From Macrostomum hystrix (lineage: Eukaryota; Animalia; Platyhelminthes), in the NCBI GenBank assembly GCA_950097015.1, contig CATNEN010000029.1, positions 3,162,001-3,226,000 of the forward strand: 64,000 bases of DNA, in the 5' to 3' direction. Both the position numbers and the translations under genes were made by a program. Below, in pieces: positions 1-12,909 of the stretch (its first letter is position 1; each line of letters begins with the position of its first letter). The notes under the pieces are model-generated. The model saw only the letters and a program-made list of their open reading frames with translations, made no database searches and was not told the DNA's origin.

Positions 1-197
1 GTGGGTAGGGTTGGTATGGATGGCCAATCAGAGGTTGGGTAGGGTAGGGATGACTGGCCAATTAGATGTGAATAGGGTTGGGTTGGCTGGCCAATTAGAT
101 GTGAATAGGGTTGGGATGGCTGGCCAATTAGATGTGAATAGGATTGGTTTGGCTGGCCAATTAGATGTGAATAGGGTTGGGTTGGCTGGCCAATTTG
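1..197. repeat. 33-bp tandem array (TTGGCTGGCCAATTAGATGTGAATAGGGTTGGG), truncated by window start
   Basis: GATGTGAATAGG recurs at 65, 98, 131 and 164. The 68-aa ORF 11..217 is simply the translated repeat. Confidence 0.95.
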
Positions 198-2039
198 AGT
201 TTGATGCCCAAGATTAGTCTGCAGTCTGTTCAGCTATTAAAGGCTAATTAAGAAAGCCGCAGGATAGCAAAAACATGGGCTAATTGAATCTGTAGAGTAA
301 TTAAGGCAGAAGGAGAAGGTGATTTCGTCTACTCATTGCTTGCTTAACAACACTGATTCATTATTCACACATTTACAAAAGGCACTCAAGCTAATACAGC
401 AGGGAATTCGTTCGTGTATGCCTCCTTTACGACAAACTTGTAATTAGAGTTAATAATGCATACTATTAAGCAGAAGCAACACAAGTGTCCATGGTAACTA
501 CGGAGCACTTTTAAATGCATTATATGTATTATGATTTAATATTTCCGCTTCTAAAAAGACAGCCGAAAAGTAGCACAGAATTAATTAAAAAGCACTGTGA
601 AATGCTTATGTAAACGCACACAGAAATGCACACAAAACCGGTTACAAAAAATTGCGTGAGGAAGGATAAAAGTACAAGGAGCATTACTTTTTATAAAAAA
701 TTCGACAATTAACAAATCAATTTAGGAAATAAGAAAGTTTATTTCGCAGTTTCTTCAGAGTTTAAGTTTTTTCTGAGAGAATTAATCTGACAAAAACATA
801 TTTAGCTACAAAAACTGATTTCTATTACTTGCAATAGTACTTTTGAGGCATTTGGATGCATTTGAAAAATACTAGAAATTGTTGTCTAAGCTACTTACTA
901 GTGAGTAGCTCGAATTAGCGATTGGATGTTCTGAACAATGAATATAAATTCTTAAAAAAGGCTATGCAGTAAAAATTCACAGTTTATTTACCGCCATATT
1001 CGTTTATTTCTTTCTCGCCATCGTTCTAGCTTTGTGTTTTTGTTGTCAGTTGCTGATATACAAATTACATTGAGCCGCCAGTTAAAAAAGTTAACCTGGC
1101 TTTGCTGCTTGTGCAGGCAGTCCTTTCACTCTATTAGCACCTTAAATTTATAATGTGGGCTTGCCTTTTTTCGATCACAATATTTATCTCTTTTTGTCTT
1201 ATTTGTTCCCATGCACGGATCCAAGTGGTGGAAAGTACTCTTAGTGTATGCCTGAGCGAGTGTTTCGTTTGCCTGCTTGTCCGACTGTTTGAAGCGTCTG
1301 GCTCACGCGATCCTAATGGACATTGCTTACTTTAACTAATTAGTCACATTGTATATTTTAACTAAAAGTCTGTCTATCCAAGAACTATCCCGCCTATGTA
1401 CGAGTATGTGCTACATTGTGTAAGTCAGTTGTTGTTTGCTAAAAGATACACTCGCTATCGGTTCTGTCGTCGTTTATTTTACTCACCTGAAACTCACGTG
1501 ACTGTTTTTTTCTTTTAACATCCCCGATTTGCTCCATAAAAGCAGATCCCTCTGAGGCCCAAAGACCTCATATTTTGTGTTTGCTTGAATTACCTGTCAG
1601 TCTGACACACAGCTCCTTAATGTGCCTCAGACTACAGAAATCATCTCAACCGCTCTTTCCTAGGCAATATGGGAACAACTAGCGAAAGATCTAGCAAAAG
1701 ATCCAATTAACCGTGATCTGCAATTTGCGACATACTGCAAAGCCAAAATCCAGTGCGAGCTCTGTGTAAGCGTCGGACTATTCATAACTCATGCTACCTG
1801 GCTACAGCGTAAAAACCTTCAAGGCGCTCTGGTGAAGGCATCAACGTTACTGCGTGAGCTGGTTATCCTCTATTTTGCTGTTTTTTGTTATACATTTTTC
1901 CAATCTATGAAACGAAATGCATTTTCAAATTAAGCGACTGAATTTGCCAACGCCTTTAACAGGCAGCCTAGTGTCGGTCGCAAGAGAGAGCTGTATGCCG
2001 AATAGGAAAAACAGCTTTACTAGCCCAGCCACGCGTGCA

Positions 2040-3530
2040 CCGAAGACCATGCTGGAAGAGGACAGTTGGAGCAGCAGTCTGCACTGAACCAAAAAACCTT
2101 CCCCGCGAGCCTTCCAAGGGCCACCCCATGGTCCAGTTGATATGGTAACGTTTGACCTGACCGCCACCACTGTCTGCCGCACCTCTCCGGCCGCCAAAAG
2201 AGCGGACGCTGCAAGCGCCGCGATCCAACTGGCTACCGAGGCCGATTCCGTGGCGTGGAAAGGCCGGACTTGGTCACTCGAAAGGAGCCAGCGCTCGTAC
2301 GAAGGCCAGGATGGTAGGACCTGGGCGTAGATCAGCAGCCAGACAGAAGCGGTGAGGCTACTGAGCTTAAGAAAAGCACACTTTCGACCTGGCCGTTTAC
2401 CATGCCAGGATAGGCCTGGTGGAGTAAGGAAATCGCCGTTGTTGTCAACTGGAAGTTGAGAGCATAGAGCACCTATGCGAATGTCCAGCTACGTTCTCAA
2501 ACTGGAAAAAAACTTTGTATTTTTACCATCGCCGACCTTCGGAAGGACGAGCCCGCAGCCCTCAGGTACTGGGAGTGGCTGCAGAAGAAAGGTGAAGGCA
2601 ACATTAGCACACACCAGTAACGCACCAGTAATGCAACGCAAGATTGCTTTCGGCAACAAGAACTATCCGCTCGTGAGAACGGATCCTGAACAACGGACCA
2701 CTCTCGCGCTCTATTCGCTCTATTGTAACTGCCGTCTATTGTATTCTGCTTGAAATGTGGCTGATGAGCCCACCCACCAGCTCTTCGATTGTGCGACGCG
2801 GCCAACTTCTGTTCCCATCCGCGACCTGTGGGCCAGTCTCACTGACGTCATCCGTTTTATTGAAGCGCTCTTCCCTAGTGCCAGGACTGGCCAAGGCCCC
2901 ACCCTATCTATCTAACTATTTGCACGGGGGCCCGGGGCACTTGTCGCACAAGCGATGGAGCGGCACGCCCCCAGATCGGCAAACTAGGCTCTTAGCGCCC
3001 ATCGCGCCGCCTCCCCTGAGCAGGCACCACACACAGCAGCACAGACCAGCCGGGGAGGACAGGAGGCACCCAGAATAGGCAGCAGTGCCCCCCACCCCAG
3101 CCCCACACGCACAGAGCAGACCAAGCCGGGGGCGGAAGGCTGATAAGAAATCAGTCCTCAGGGGGGGCCGGGTGATGAGTGTACACTTATCCAATCGCGC
3201 TGACGGAAATCCAGAAAGCGCGCGGCGGTGTACACCCGCCCCCCAGCCACCGCCCCCCGCAAGGCCTCACGCCCCAGCGCCAACGCACACAACTCACACA
3301 ACGCAGAACAGGCACACAGAAAGGTAGGAGCGAAGCTATTATTTCAAGCTATGACTGCACGAAATATGGTGCACCTCCGCTGGTCGCTACTGTCCAAACC
3401 CCCGAACAAGTCCAGAAATTAATCGTGACTTGAAGGGAGAATCGAACTAGCGTCCATTGGAGTGCGAGGCAGCGACGCTAGCCGCTGACCCACTCGCCCC
3501 TTAAGGGCCCACCCTAACACACACACAAAC
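2040..3530 (+). mobile_element. Degenerate non-LTR retrotransposon (LINE) 3' fragment: ORF2 C-terminus plus 3' UTR
   Basis: With one frameshift at ~2759, 2747-2792 reads CLKC-ADEPTHQLFDC, a CCHC knuckle like LINE ORF2 ends. It continues in frame as ...WASLTDVIRFIEALF...* (TAA 2913). The upstream AAKRADAASAA (ORF 2142..2330) resembles the RNase H 'N-E-x-A-D' helix. A (CA)n stretch lies at ~3517-3530. There are multiple stops and frameshifts. Confidence 0.45.
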
Positions 3531-4392
3531 ATTCCCGGTAACCCTACCCCGAGTGAGAAAGCCCTATCTTTATCACTGACTTCGCCAATCTATATAGCCG
3601 GCACGACACACCGGAGGCTTTCAGGACGTTATTGCGGTGGCACACATACATATCTCAAAAGACAGCTCGGTTGTAAATGGCACGGGCCCTGGAGAAAACG
3701 CGGCCGTCATAAGCACGAAGCGCACCACTTTTGTAGGGAGAACACAAACGGGCAGACACAGCAGCTCCATCGACTTAAATTTCTATACGGACCATCCATA
3801 CGTACATCTCTGAAGTTCATCGCTAAAAGCTTCAAGAACAGGGCTGAGTTCGTTAGCATTCAAATCGTTTTTAACGCGCGACTCCCTCATGCTGGCTGCA
3901 TGACGTCACAAGATCGGCAAATTTAACTAGGCAATCTTGAGGACACGGGCTGAGGATAAGAAGGTGACGTGTCATCAAAACGGCATCAGACACCTTAAAA
4001 ACAACGAGCAGGCCGGCCTGCCTTTGTGGAATTGGCAAACACAAATCTCGCATAAAACAGAACGAAGGGTCCTTAATCAAAGGACCGAAAGCTGACCTGC
4101 CTGTCTTTCTTGGAGAGACGGCTGAATGTCCAAGGTTCGCGCATCATGCCTGGCAAATTTCTGCAGGAACGAAGCGAAAGTATCCCTAAGATACTTAACC
4201 TCAACGTAATGAGGCCAAAGCGGCTGCCTAAGGCAACGCTACTTCTGGGCTGTGGTTCCGGTCGGACTTCAAGAAGCAATATTGCACAACCGAAAGTCCA
4301 TGATCAACAGCGTAAAATGATTCACCGGGCGGTCCTTGTGGCACATAGAGCAGCATTCGCGCAGTGCGCCCAAAACCCAACGCAAAAACTTG

Positions 4393-4601
4393 GTACGACT
4401 GCGGGTAAACCTAATGTTCACGCTGACCGCTGTCTTGTTCTACTGTACGACTGCGGGTAAACCTAATGTTCACGCTGACCGCTGTCTTGTTCTACTGTAC
4501 GACTGCGGGTAAACCTAATGTTCACGCTGACCGCTGTCTTGTTCTACTGTACGACTGCGGGTAAACCTAATGTTCACGCTGACCGCTGTCTTGTTCTACT
4601 G
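4393..4601. repeat. 52-bp tandem array, 4 essentially identical copies
   Basis: GTACGACTGCGGGTAAACC starts at 4393, 4445, 4497 and 4549. Confidence 0.97.
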
Positions 4602-4800
4602 TTCGTGATCAGGTCGTAATTTCTCAAAAGAACATACTCGTACCATTCTTTTGATCAAGCTGGACGAGTTTGCTATCGTGCTTGCTGCCAGTTGCATTTG
4701 TTCTACCATGTGATACAAATCAGCATTGATTTAGTTTAGCACTGCATCTCTGACCAACAGATTGCTCGTTGAACAAGCATCAAACCTACTGTTCGTAGGA

Positions 4801-7800
4801 TTAATATATTTCGTTGTGGCAATTGCAAAGAAATGGTCGCTTATCGACTGGCGGCGCGGAGGGCTCTATATCCAGCGCCATCAGACGAAAATTCGGCTGA
4901 CACAGTTCCAGCCAAGTTAGCAGTGAATGAGCCGGGAGTTGGCGCCGCTGGTGGCGGCTGTCGGACAGCAGCGGCCAGGCTCGGTCCAGGCGAACTATGC
5001 GGACTGTCAGGCCTGGAGGTGGCAATCGCCTGGCGGCGTCGCCGCAGTCGGCGGGCCGGTCGAAGCGCAGCACTGCCCGATCGGAGCAGCCGCCAGTCAG
5101 GGAGGCGGCGCCCGGGGCCGGAAACAGATGGACGGAGCGGGCGGCAGGAAATGAGCCGGCCAAGTAAGCCAGCAGGACGCGAAGCGGTACGGCAGGCTGG
5201 GACAGGCCGGAGACAAGCAGAAACTGATGCCGGTCGTAATCGGACCCATCTAGATTGGCTGATTGCCAAATGTCGTCAATTTTATCGGCCTCGAATTGTA
5301 GTTGACTGGCTAGGCTACCTGGGACGCGCATTAGCGGAGGCGTCGATTTGCAGAGCTGGTGAGGCGCCGTCCAGGGCAGGAAGGCGTGGCTGGGTAGGCT
5401 CAGGTGGCAGGCGGTCAGCTCCAGGCTGTCTGGCAGGTGAACGCAGCGGCAGCGGCCACGGTGAGCTCCGCGCATAGCACCAAGAGCTTTGCGACAATCA
5501 ACCGGATTGGCGAATTCGCCGACTAAGCTGTTGGACGACAATGGCAGTAGGCGCAGTAAGCCGTCATTGTTCAGCAGCTCCACGGGCGTCCCTGCGCCCA
5601 AGTCGATTTCGCCGATAAACAAAAATCGGCAGTTAATTGCTGCGGCTTCAGCATCGGACAATGGCACCCAATCGAGGCCGGCAGAGACGACGGCGGCGGG
5701 GGCTGAACAATCGACCCGACGACCTGGCCGGATGACTACGAGGCGCGGCTGGGCGCCGGCCAAGACCAGGCTCCGCTGTTGCCATTCAGATGAAATGGCA
5801 GCGCGAAGCAAAGCCGCACTGGCTGCGTCGATATCTGCCGGAGATCGTCGATGACGAGACGGCGTTACTGTCAGCTTCCAGGCTGGCTGGCCGAAGAAGG
5901 CGTCGGCATTAACAGCAGCTGTGTAGCAAGGCAGCGCCAGAACCTCGCCAATCAATGCTTTCTGATTAGCAATGCACTTAGCCAGCATCGCTTCTAAATC
6001 GTGAGCCGAAATGGCCTCGCTGACGAAGGGACCCAGAATCCAGCGACAGGCACTGGCAGTTCCGGAGACCAGCTCGAAGTTTGAACGGTTTGATCGAAGT
6101 TTAGCGTCCGTTGAAGAAGCCGACTGGTGGCTAGCAATGCCTGGGTCAAAAGCGCACAGGCAAAAATGCTTGTGTAGAAGCGCAGAAGTTTGCGGAGATG
6201 ACTGAAATTAAATTTCAAGTGCTATAGCGTTACTAACAATAATATATATAGGGATAGACATGTTCGAGATTGATATTAGATCTATTGGGAATGCATTCCA
6301 GATCTATTGGGAATGCATTCCAGATCTATTGGGAATGCATTTCAGATCTATTGGGAATGCATTTCAGATCTACTGGGAATGCACTTCAGATCTATTGGGA
6401 ATGCATTTCAGATCTATTGGGAATGCATTCCAGATCTATTGGGAATGCATTCCAGATCTATTGGGAATGCATTTCAGATCTATTGGGAATGCATTTCAGA
6501 TCTATCGGGGATGGGTTTCAGGTACATTTACGAGGAATTTCATATCTATTGGGGATGGATTTCAGATCTATTGGGGATCGATTTCAGATCTATTGGGGAT
6601 AGATTTCAGATCTACTGGGGATGGATTTCAGATCTACTGGGGATGGATTTCAGATCTACTGGGGATAGATTTCAGATCTACTGGGGATTGATTTCAGATC
6701 TACTGGGGATGGATTTCAGATCTACTGGGGATAGATTTCAGATCTACTGGGGATTGATTTCAGATCTACTGGGGATAGATTTCAGATCTACTGGGGATAG
6801 ATTTCAGATCTATTGGGGATAGATTTCAGATCTACTGGGGATTGATTTCAGATCTACTGGGGATGGATTTCAGATCTACTGGGGATAGATTTCAGATCTA
6901 CTGGGGATTGATTTCAGATCTACTGGGGATAGATTTCAGATCTACTGGGGATGGATTTCAGATCTATTGGGGATGGATTTCAGATCTACTGGGGATAGAT
7001 TTCAGATCTATTGGGGATAGATTTCAGATCTACTGGGGATAGATTTCAGATCTATTGGGGATAGATTTCAGATCTATTGGGGATAGATTTCAGATCTATT
7101 GGGGATAGATTTCAGATCTATTGGGGATAGATTTCAGATCTATTGGGGATGGATTTTAGATATATTGGTGAACAATTCAAAATGAAGCAGCGCTGATTTT
7201 TCCCGAAGATTTCAGATTTCTCGTAGATTAACCTAAAGAATTTTCACTAAAAAGTGGCAGACTAGCTTAAATTCTACAGCAGCTTACGGTTGCCACAGGC
7301 GGTCGCTCTGCACGAATGCCAGCAGCCGTTGCGTCGCACTCCCGAAGCCAGACGAAGCTGGCAGCAGCCGTGGCAGACGTCAGAGTACGGCGCAACCGGT
7401 GGCTTCTCAAATTAGCCGAAGCGTTGCGCACCAAAAAGCAATGCTGATTGATGGCCGCGACTGAAGAGATCGGCCTCATCCTAATCACATCGGCGGGCAT
7501 GTCGATGGAGGCTTCTAGCACAGCGCGCTGATTGTCGCAGCTAAATAGCAGATAATCCAGTCGGATAAAGCCACGCGGACTTTGTCTAAGCATGGCCTCG
7601 CAACTATTGCTATCAGGAAGCAGTAGGAGCCAGACTGGCTGCGCGCGACACCGGCGTGCACCGCTAGAATTGATGACGCCAGCTGCACCAGCAGCATCGT
7701 CGACATCGTTGAATAGGCAGAGACGCGATGGAGCTGTGCAAACAGACGATGGTCGGTCCAGCTGGAACTCGGCTAGCAGGCTATATCCGGCTGAGCGCAG

Positions 7801-7908
7801 CGCCGAGCCCATTCCGCCGCTTGAGCTGTGGGTGACGTGCAACAGTCTGGAACACTGCAGCAGATTGTCCTGAGCCGAGGTCAGCCAAGGCCGCTTGTAG
7901 CCGGGCAT
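4801..7908 (-). CDS. Diverged multi-RRM-like protein, ~673 aa; exons 7908-7288 and 6201-4801
   Basis: The GTAAG donor at 7287 (phase 0) and TTTCAG acceptor at 6202 join the 213-aa and 395-aa ORFs without a stop. Repeated RNP2-like (RLLHVTH, RFLFIGEI, FLLVSGL) and RNP1-like (RLCLFNDVDDAAGA, LVGEFANPVDCRKAL, AVLRFDRPADCGDA) segments are present. The 5' end is uncertain: in-frame TAG at 7972-7974 may be an acceptor. Confidence 0.6.
6278..7167. repeat. 22-bp intronic tandem array (~40 copies)
   Basis: Units AGATCTATTGGGAATGCATT(T/C)C switch to AGATCTACTGGGGATAGATTTC. The array lies inside intron 7287-6202. Confidence 0.97.
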
Positions 7909-8293
7909 CTGGCAAATGATTCGAGGCTGAAGTGAACAACAGCGTAGGAGCCCGACCCTTTGAGAACTCGGCTAATTCGGAAACAAACACCGAGGGATTT
8001 AGGGATGGCAGTATGGACCGCACTTAGCAATCCTAACCTGAGCTGCTTGAGAGAATCCCTTAGGATTAAGTTGGTTTAGGGAGAGAATCCTGTGGATTAG
8101 ACTTGTTTGTTTGCCATAAGTTGTTTGATGGAAGAAAATAAAGCCTCATAGGATTTAGGTGGTCTAATGATAAAATCCGCAGTACTAAGTTGATTAGGGG
8201 ATAAAAGCCTGTGGATTGAGAGGAGTAAAAGATGGGAGTATAGGGTTATGGCCTATAACTCTAAAGGATTATGGGAAAAAAGGGATTGGGCTG

Positions 8294-8830
8294 ATAATCC
8301 TAAGGATTAATGGTATTAGTGTATAGGGTCGAAGATAATCCTGAAGATTAATGGTATTAGTGTATAGGGCCCAAGATAATCCCGAAGATTAATGGTATTA
8401 GTGTATAGGGCCCAAGATAATCCCGAAGATTAATGGTATTAGTGTATAGGGTCGAAGATAATCCTGAATATTAATGGTATTAGTGTATAGGGCCCAAGAT
8501 AATCCCGAAGATTAATGGTATTAGTGTATAGGGTCGAAGATAATCCTGAGGATTAATGGTATTAGTGCATAGGACCCAAGATAATCCCGAAGATTAATGG
8601 TATTAGTGTATAGGGTCGAAGATAATCCTGAAGATTAATGGTATTAGTGTATAGGGCCCAAGATAATTCCGAAGATTAATGGTATTAGTGTATAGGGCCG
8701 AAGATAATCCCGAAGATTAATGGTATTAGTGTATAGGGCCCAAGATAATCCTGAGGATTAATGGTATTAGTGTATAGGGTCGAAGATAATCCTGAAGATT
8801 AATGGTATTAGTGTATAGGGCCCAAGATAA
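8294..8830. repeat. 41-bp tandem array (~13 copies)
   Basis: Unit GATTAATGGTATTAGTGTATAGGG(CCC/TCG)AAGATAATCC(C/T)GAA. Confidence 0.97.
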
Positions 8831-9379
8831 TGAGTTCAGGGGTTGGTCTGATAATGGCTGATTAATTGGATTAGTGTGTATAATCTCGTTGATTAGGGAG
8901 ACCATAAAAAAAATTCGGATAATTAAGGGGACAAGGTTATACATCCTAAATATTATTGAAGATTTAAGCACAAATGAGATTGAAGTTTACAATCCCAAGG
9001 ATTTATCTAATTAGGGGTAAATCATGTGGACTTAAAGTAATCGGGTACGAAAATCATAAAACAAGAGAAGATCTGTTAAGTCAAACAAAACAATAATGTT
9101 AGCAGAGCGACAATCTTTGTTTCCAATGTAAGAGAAGTAGATAGTCAAGTAGTCAGCCATGCTAAAAGATGCTAGAAGTTAAAAAAAGCTGCGTTCAGTG
9201 CAATTATAAATGTCAAAACAGGAAATTTTATAATTTTTTACGACAATTTCTTCACAACGGTTTGAATAACTATTGAAGTTCCAGAATTACAGGAAATGGG
9301 TTACAAAAATGCTAGCAAAATCACGTTAATAACAAGAGCAATACGCTAATGTTTTTACTAGCTAGTTTAGGCTTCATCA

Positions 9380-9658
9380 CTAGTCCTGCACTAAATCGAA
9401 ACGATCAATAGTGCCAATAACAAGAGTGGCAAAGTCAATAAACGAATTAATGGCCACTCGAAGTTTTCTAATGTGCTCAGCGGTGAATGTCACAACCACG
9501 TGCGACCCGTCTGTTTCTATTGCTTTAGTAACAAAGCTTCTAGGCGGTTCTGGGTCAACCGACAAACTCTTGCAGGCTATCTGAGCATGGCGCGCATTCT
9601 TGAATGGAATTCGCAGCACAGCTCGCTGCAACTGGTTGGCGTCACCAGCTGAACTCAT
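9380..9658 (-). CDS. PCC1: KEOPS/EKC complex subunit Pcc1/LAGE3
   Basis: The 92-aa ORF LRIPFKNARHAQIACKSLSVDPEP...VVVTFTAEHIRKLRVAINSFIDFATLV matches the Pcc1 family pattern. Confidence 0.9.
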   Translation of the reverse strand: MSSAGDANQLQRAVLRIPFKNARHAQIACKSLSVDPEPPRSFVTKAIETDGSHVVVTFTAEHIRKLRVAINSFIDFATLVIGTIDRFDLVQD

Positions 9659-10564
9659 GCTGGCTGCTGCAAGAAAATTTAATCAAGGTGTGGTAATTAG
9701 AAATAAATATAGTAGTTCAGAAAGCTGAAAAACTTTCTCTCTTATTTGAAAATCTGACTGATAGGTCGGGAGTTCGAATTTCAGTTTAGGGGAAAGAATT
9801 CATGTCTAAAAGCAAGGCATTTATTTCTTCAGGTTGTTGCATGTTGGTCAAGTGCACAACAAGCAATAAAAAATAGTTCTAGGTAGAAACCGAGGCGCCT
9901 GAGGTGGCCTCTAGTCTATGAATGAACTGTATATAGTATTTAAAAGTACTACGAAATAGCTATGGCTATGCTATTGGTTTAATATATGATCCAACAAAGT
10001 GGGCCAGCTACAATTCAAGTACTCAAAGTTCTCACTTTAGCAGCAGAAAACAGTCATGATTTGAGATTTAATACCTTAAACCAACTGCAATTTATTCCAG
10101 CTGTTAAATATTTTGACAATGGCAAATAACATATAAACAAACTGTGATTTGAGTTAACTAGCTAATTTTAGGAATTAAAGCAAGGACAAATTTTATGTGT
10201 AGGGCTTTCAATAGATATTTTTCAACAAATGTGATACAAAGTGACATTTCCAAAATAGCAATGATGACTAAAGAAGAGTGCATATTGATACCACCAATGC
10301 CATGTAGGCCTATTTCTAAAATATATCATATAATCAAAGTAAACAGCTAGATACTGTTTACTATGATCTGTGTAGCTATATGCCCCAACTACAAATGCTA
10401 ATGGAACATGGGCATAGAATCAGGTCTTTAAGCTGCTATAGCCATAGCCAAAGCCTAAACTGCTATTCTCTCTGCATTAGCTGCCATTAATACTAATTAA
10501 ACTGCATTACATTAGCATGAACTGTCATTGACCATTATCATGAGCCAAAAGTAGTTAGTTGTGG

Positions 10565-11383
10565 CAATTTTATCCACACTGATCTGTGCCAATAATTTTC
10601 TGCTTATCCACATGGCAGCTTGTATGAATAGGTCTACAACTCTTTATATATGCCGTGCCGTTAATTTCAATTTTATCCACACTGATCCATGCTGATAATT
10701 TTCTGCTTATCCACACAGCAGCTTGTATGAATAGGTCTTTCAAGTCCCTACCTATTCTTCTCTGAGCATAAGGCTTTTGCTTCAGAGTATAGTGTATAGT
10801 GTACACTATCAATGCATAGTGTAAAAGAATAAAATGATGTATAATATGTGTGACAAGTTTGGTGCTGACTAGAATTCTGCTGGTTGACTCATATGATTTT
10901 CTTTGATAGACATCTTACTTTTTAAGTCAATACAATTCAAATGAAAACACGTAACAATGACAAAATATTTAGTAAGTTGTTATTACAATAATTAAAAAGT
11001 ATGACATTGATGTTGATTAATAAATGTGTAGGTCGAAATGTAGAACACTGTCATAACACACTGGCAACTTTGTTGATCTATTGGCTCAAGGGTTCAACAA
11101 AATGTTCAAACCCAAAAGGGCCTCATTTCAAAGAACAGAACCGTGTGGATAAAATTAATATTAACGGCACGGCATATTTATATAAAGAGTTTTAGACCTA
11201 TTCATACAAGCTGCCGTGTGGATGAGCAGAAAATTATCAGCACAGATCTGTGTGGATAAAATTGAAATTAACGGCACGGCATATATAAAGAGTTGTAGAC
11301 CTATTCATACAAGCTGCCATGTGGATAAGCAGAAAATTATTGGCACAGATCAGTGTGGATAAAATTGAAATTATCGGCACAGG
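10565..11383. mobile_element. Foldback/MITE-like element copy 1 with ~100-bp subterminal repeats in inverted arms
   Basis: Arm 10565-10738 (TTATCCACA...GCAGCTTGTATGAATAGGTC...) is the reverse complement of arm 11141-11383. Internal 10739-10966 is the reverse complement of 13331-13547. Confidence 0.7.
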
Positions 11384-11582
11384 TGTATGCCTTTTACAGA
11401 ACAAAATCAAATTTTGAATTTTGAATAGGCCTAGGCCTAATTTATTTAATTATAGAGCAAAGCTTGGCATAAATAAAAAAAACCTTTATATAGTTGTGAT
11501 TCTTAGGCTAGGGGCCTAGTCATTTTGGTGCCAGTCACTTTGGGGACAAGTAGGACTAGCTAGCCCCAGGCCTATTTTTCAA

Positions 11583-12038
11583 GGTAGTTGTTATTTGTCC
11601 TGTTAACCGGACAAATAGCCGTTTGATTATTCGTCCAGTTAAGTGAGTTATAACTTATAACTAAGTTATAAGGGGTTGTAGCACTACCACAAGAACCTCT
11701 ATCATTTGTAAGATAAAATAATTAACAAGCTGCAAAAGGACAGTCATTCAGATTTGAAGTTTGTCTCAAATTATTTTTGCTTATCAGCTAATTTAAAAAA
11801 TTAAAACCTTTTCCAGAAAATTGCTTGTTTCAGGGACTAACTTAGTTCATGGGTATAGTTTGGTCTTTGCAAGGTCAAGACTCAAGATGGCTCTCAGCAG
11901 GGCAAGAGTGGTCTTTGGGAGGATCATTGCTCCTGCTCATTGAAAGGGAAGAAATGAAGTCCTTGGATGGTTAACAGGTTAACCGGACAAATAATCAAAC
12001 GGCTATTTGTCAGGCTAACCGGACAAATAACAACTACC
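11583..12038. mobile_element. Mutator-like (MULE) MITE, 456 bp, ~60-bp TIRs, 9-bp TSD ATTTTTCAA
   Basis: TIRs GGTAGTTGTTATTTGTCC... and ...GGACAAATAACAACTACC. ATTTTTCAA occurs at 11574-11582 and 12039-12047. Confidence 0.85.
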
Positions 12039-12462
12039 ATTTTTCAATACTAATAGGCAACTTAACCTTAAGACAGACCCTTCACTGACAGCTTTATTAA
12101 AGCATCTTTGTCAATTAAGTTGTATTAGGCTATAAAAATAAGTTATGCATGTTATTAAAATTACTCATTAAATAAAATCACTTAAACTCTCAGAATCAGA
12201 GTGCTCAAAAACAAGCCACATGACATGAGTCACATGACATGAGGTCCTGGGACTAAGTACTGAATTCACCGCCACTTGATTGGCGGTTACATTTATCTAG
12301 TTCACCGCCGGTTCACCGCCTAAAATAAAACAAAAAATCGCTCTTATGCAGCCCCGACGGAACGCGCAGTGCTAGAAATTTAGGCGCATCTCTAAATTAA
12401 CTTGCGCAATCGATTTTATACAGTTTTGGTTGTTAAAAGTTTATTTCAAAAAGCGGTGAAAC

Positions 12463-12909
12463 CCGTGTTGACAGAGATAGGGTCTAAGAAACGGTAATCG
12501 AACATGCGCGACGGTTGCCTAATGGGCAAATCAGAACATGTTCTTTGTTCCGAGAACATGTTCTTTTTAGTTTATAAGGCTTCGTAATGTAAAAAAATAT
12601 TAAAATATAAAAAAATAAAAAATCTCAAAAAAAGTTGAGAGAAAACTATATTGCTGGCTAGTATGTACGTTAAGTGCTGGTGAACTAGGATATTACTAGA
12701 CATAGTATCTCTGTCTTGTTTGTTGACCTCATGCCAAGGAAGGCATAGTTTTTTCTTCATTATTTTTTCTTCGCCTAACGGTATTTAATATACATTAAGT
12801 AGCCTTATTAATTTTAAAGAACATGTTCTCGGAACAAAGAACATGTTCGGAGTTGCCTATTAGGCGACCGTCGCGCATGTTCGATGTAGCCTAAGAATCG
12901 TCAACACGG
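12463..12909. mobile_element. Inverted-repeat (MITE-like) element with AT-rich core
   Basis: 12497-12566 ATCGAACATGCGCGACGG...GAACATGTTCTTT is inverted at 12816-12885. Outer CCGTGTTGAC/GTCAACACGG. No convincing TSD. Confidence 0.65.

Noticed and set aside
484-497. GTGTCCATGGTAAC, a weak X-box-like motif
   Set aside because: The left half is a poor match and no associated gene start was found.
2759-2800. CTGATGA hammerhead core candidate
   Set aside because: No correctly placed GAAA or stem II, and the site is better explained as LINE coding sequence.
3600-4390. Coding-like composition and ORF 4110..4460
   Set aside because: No identifiable motif; possibly a TE remnant but unsupported.
4833-5854. 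Plus-strand ORFs of 214 and 121 aa
   Set aside because: They are antisense shadows of the GC-rich minus-strand exon.
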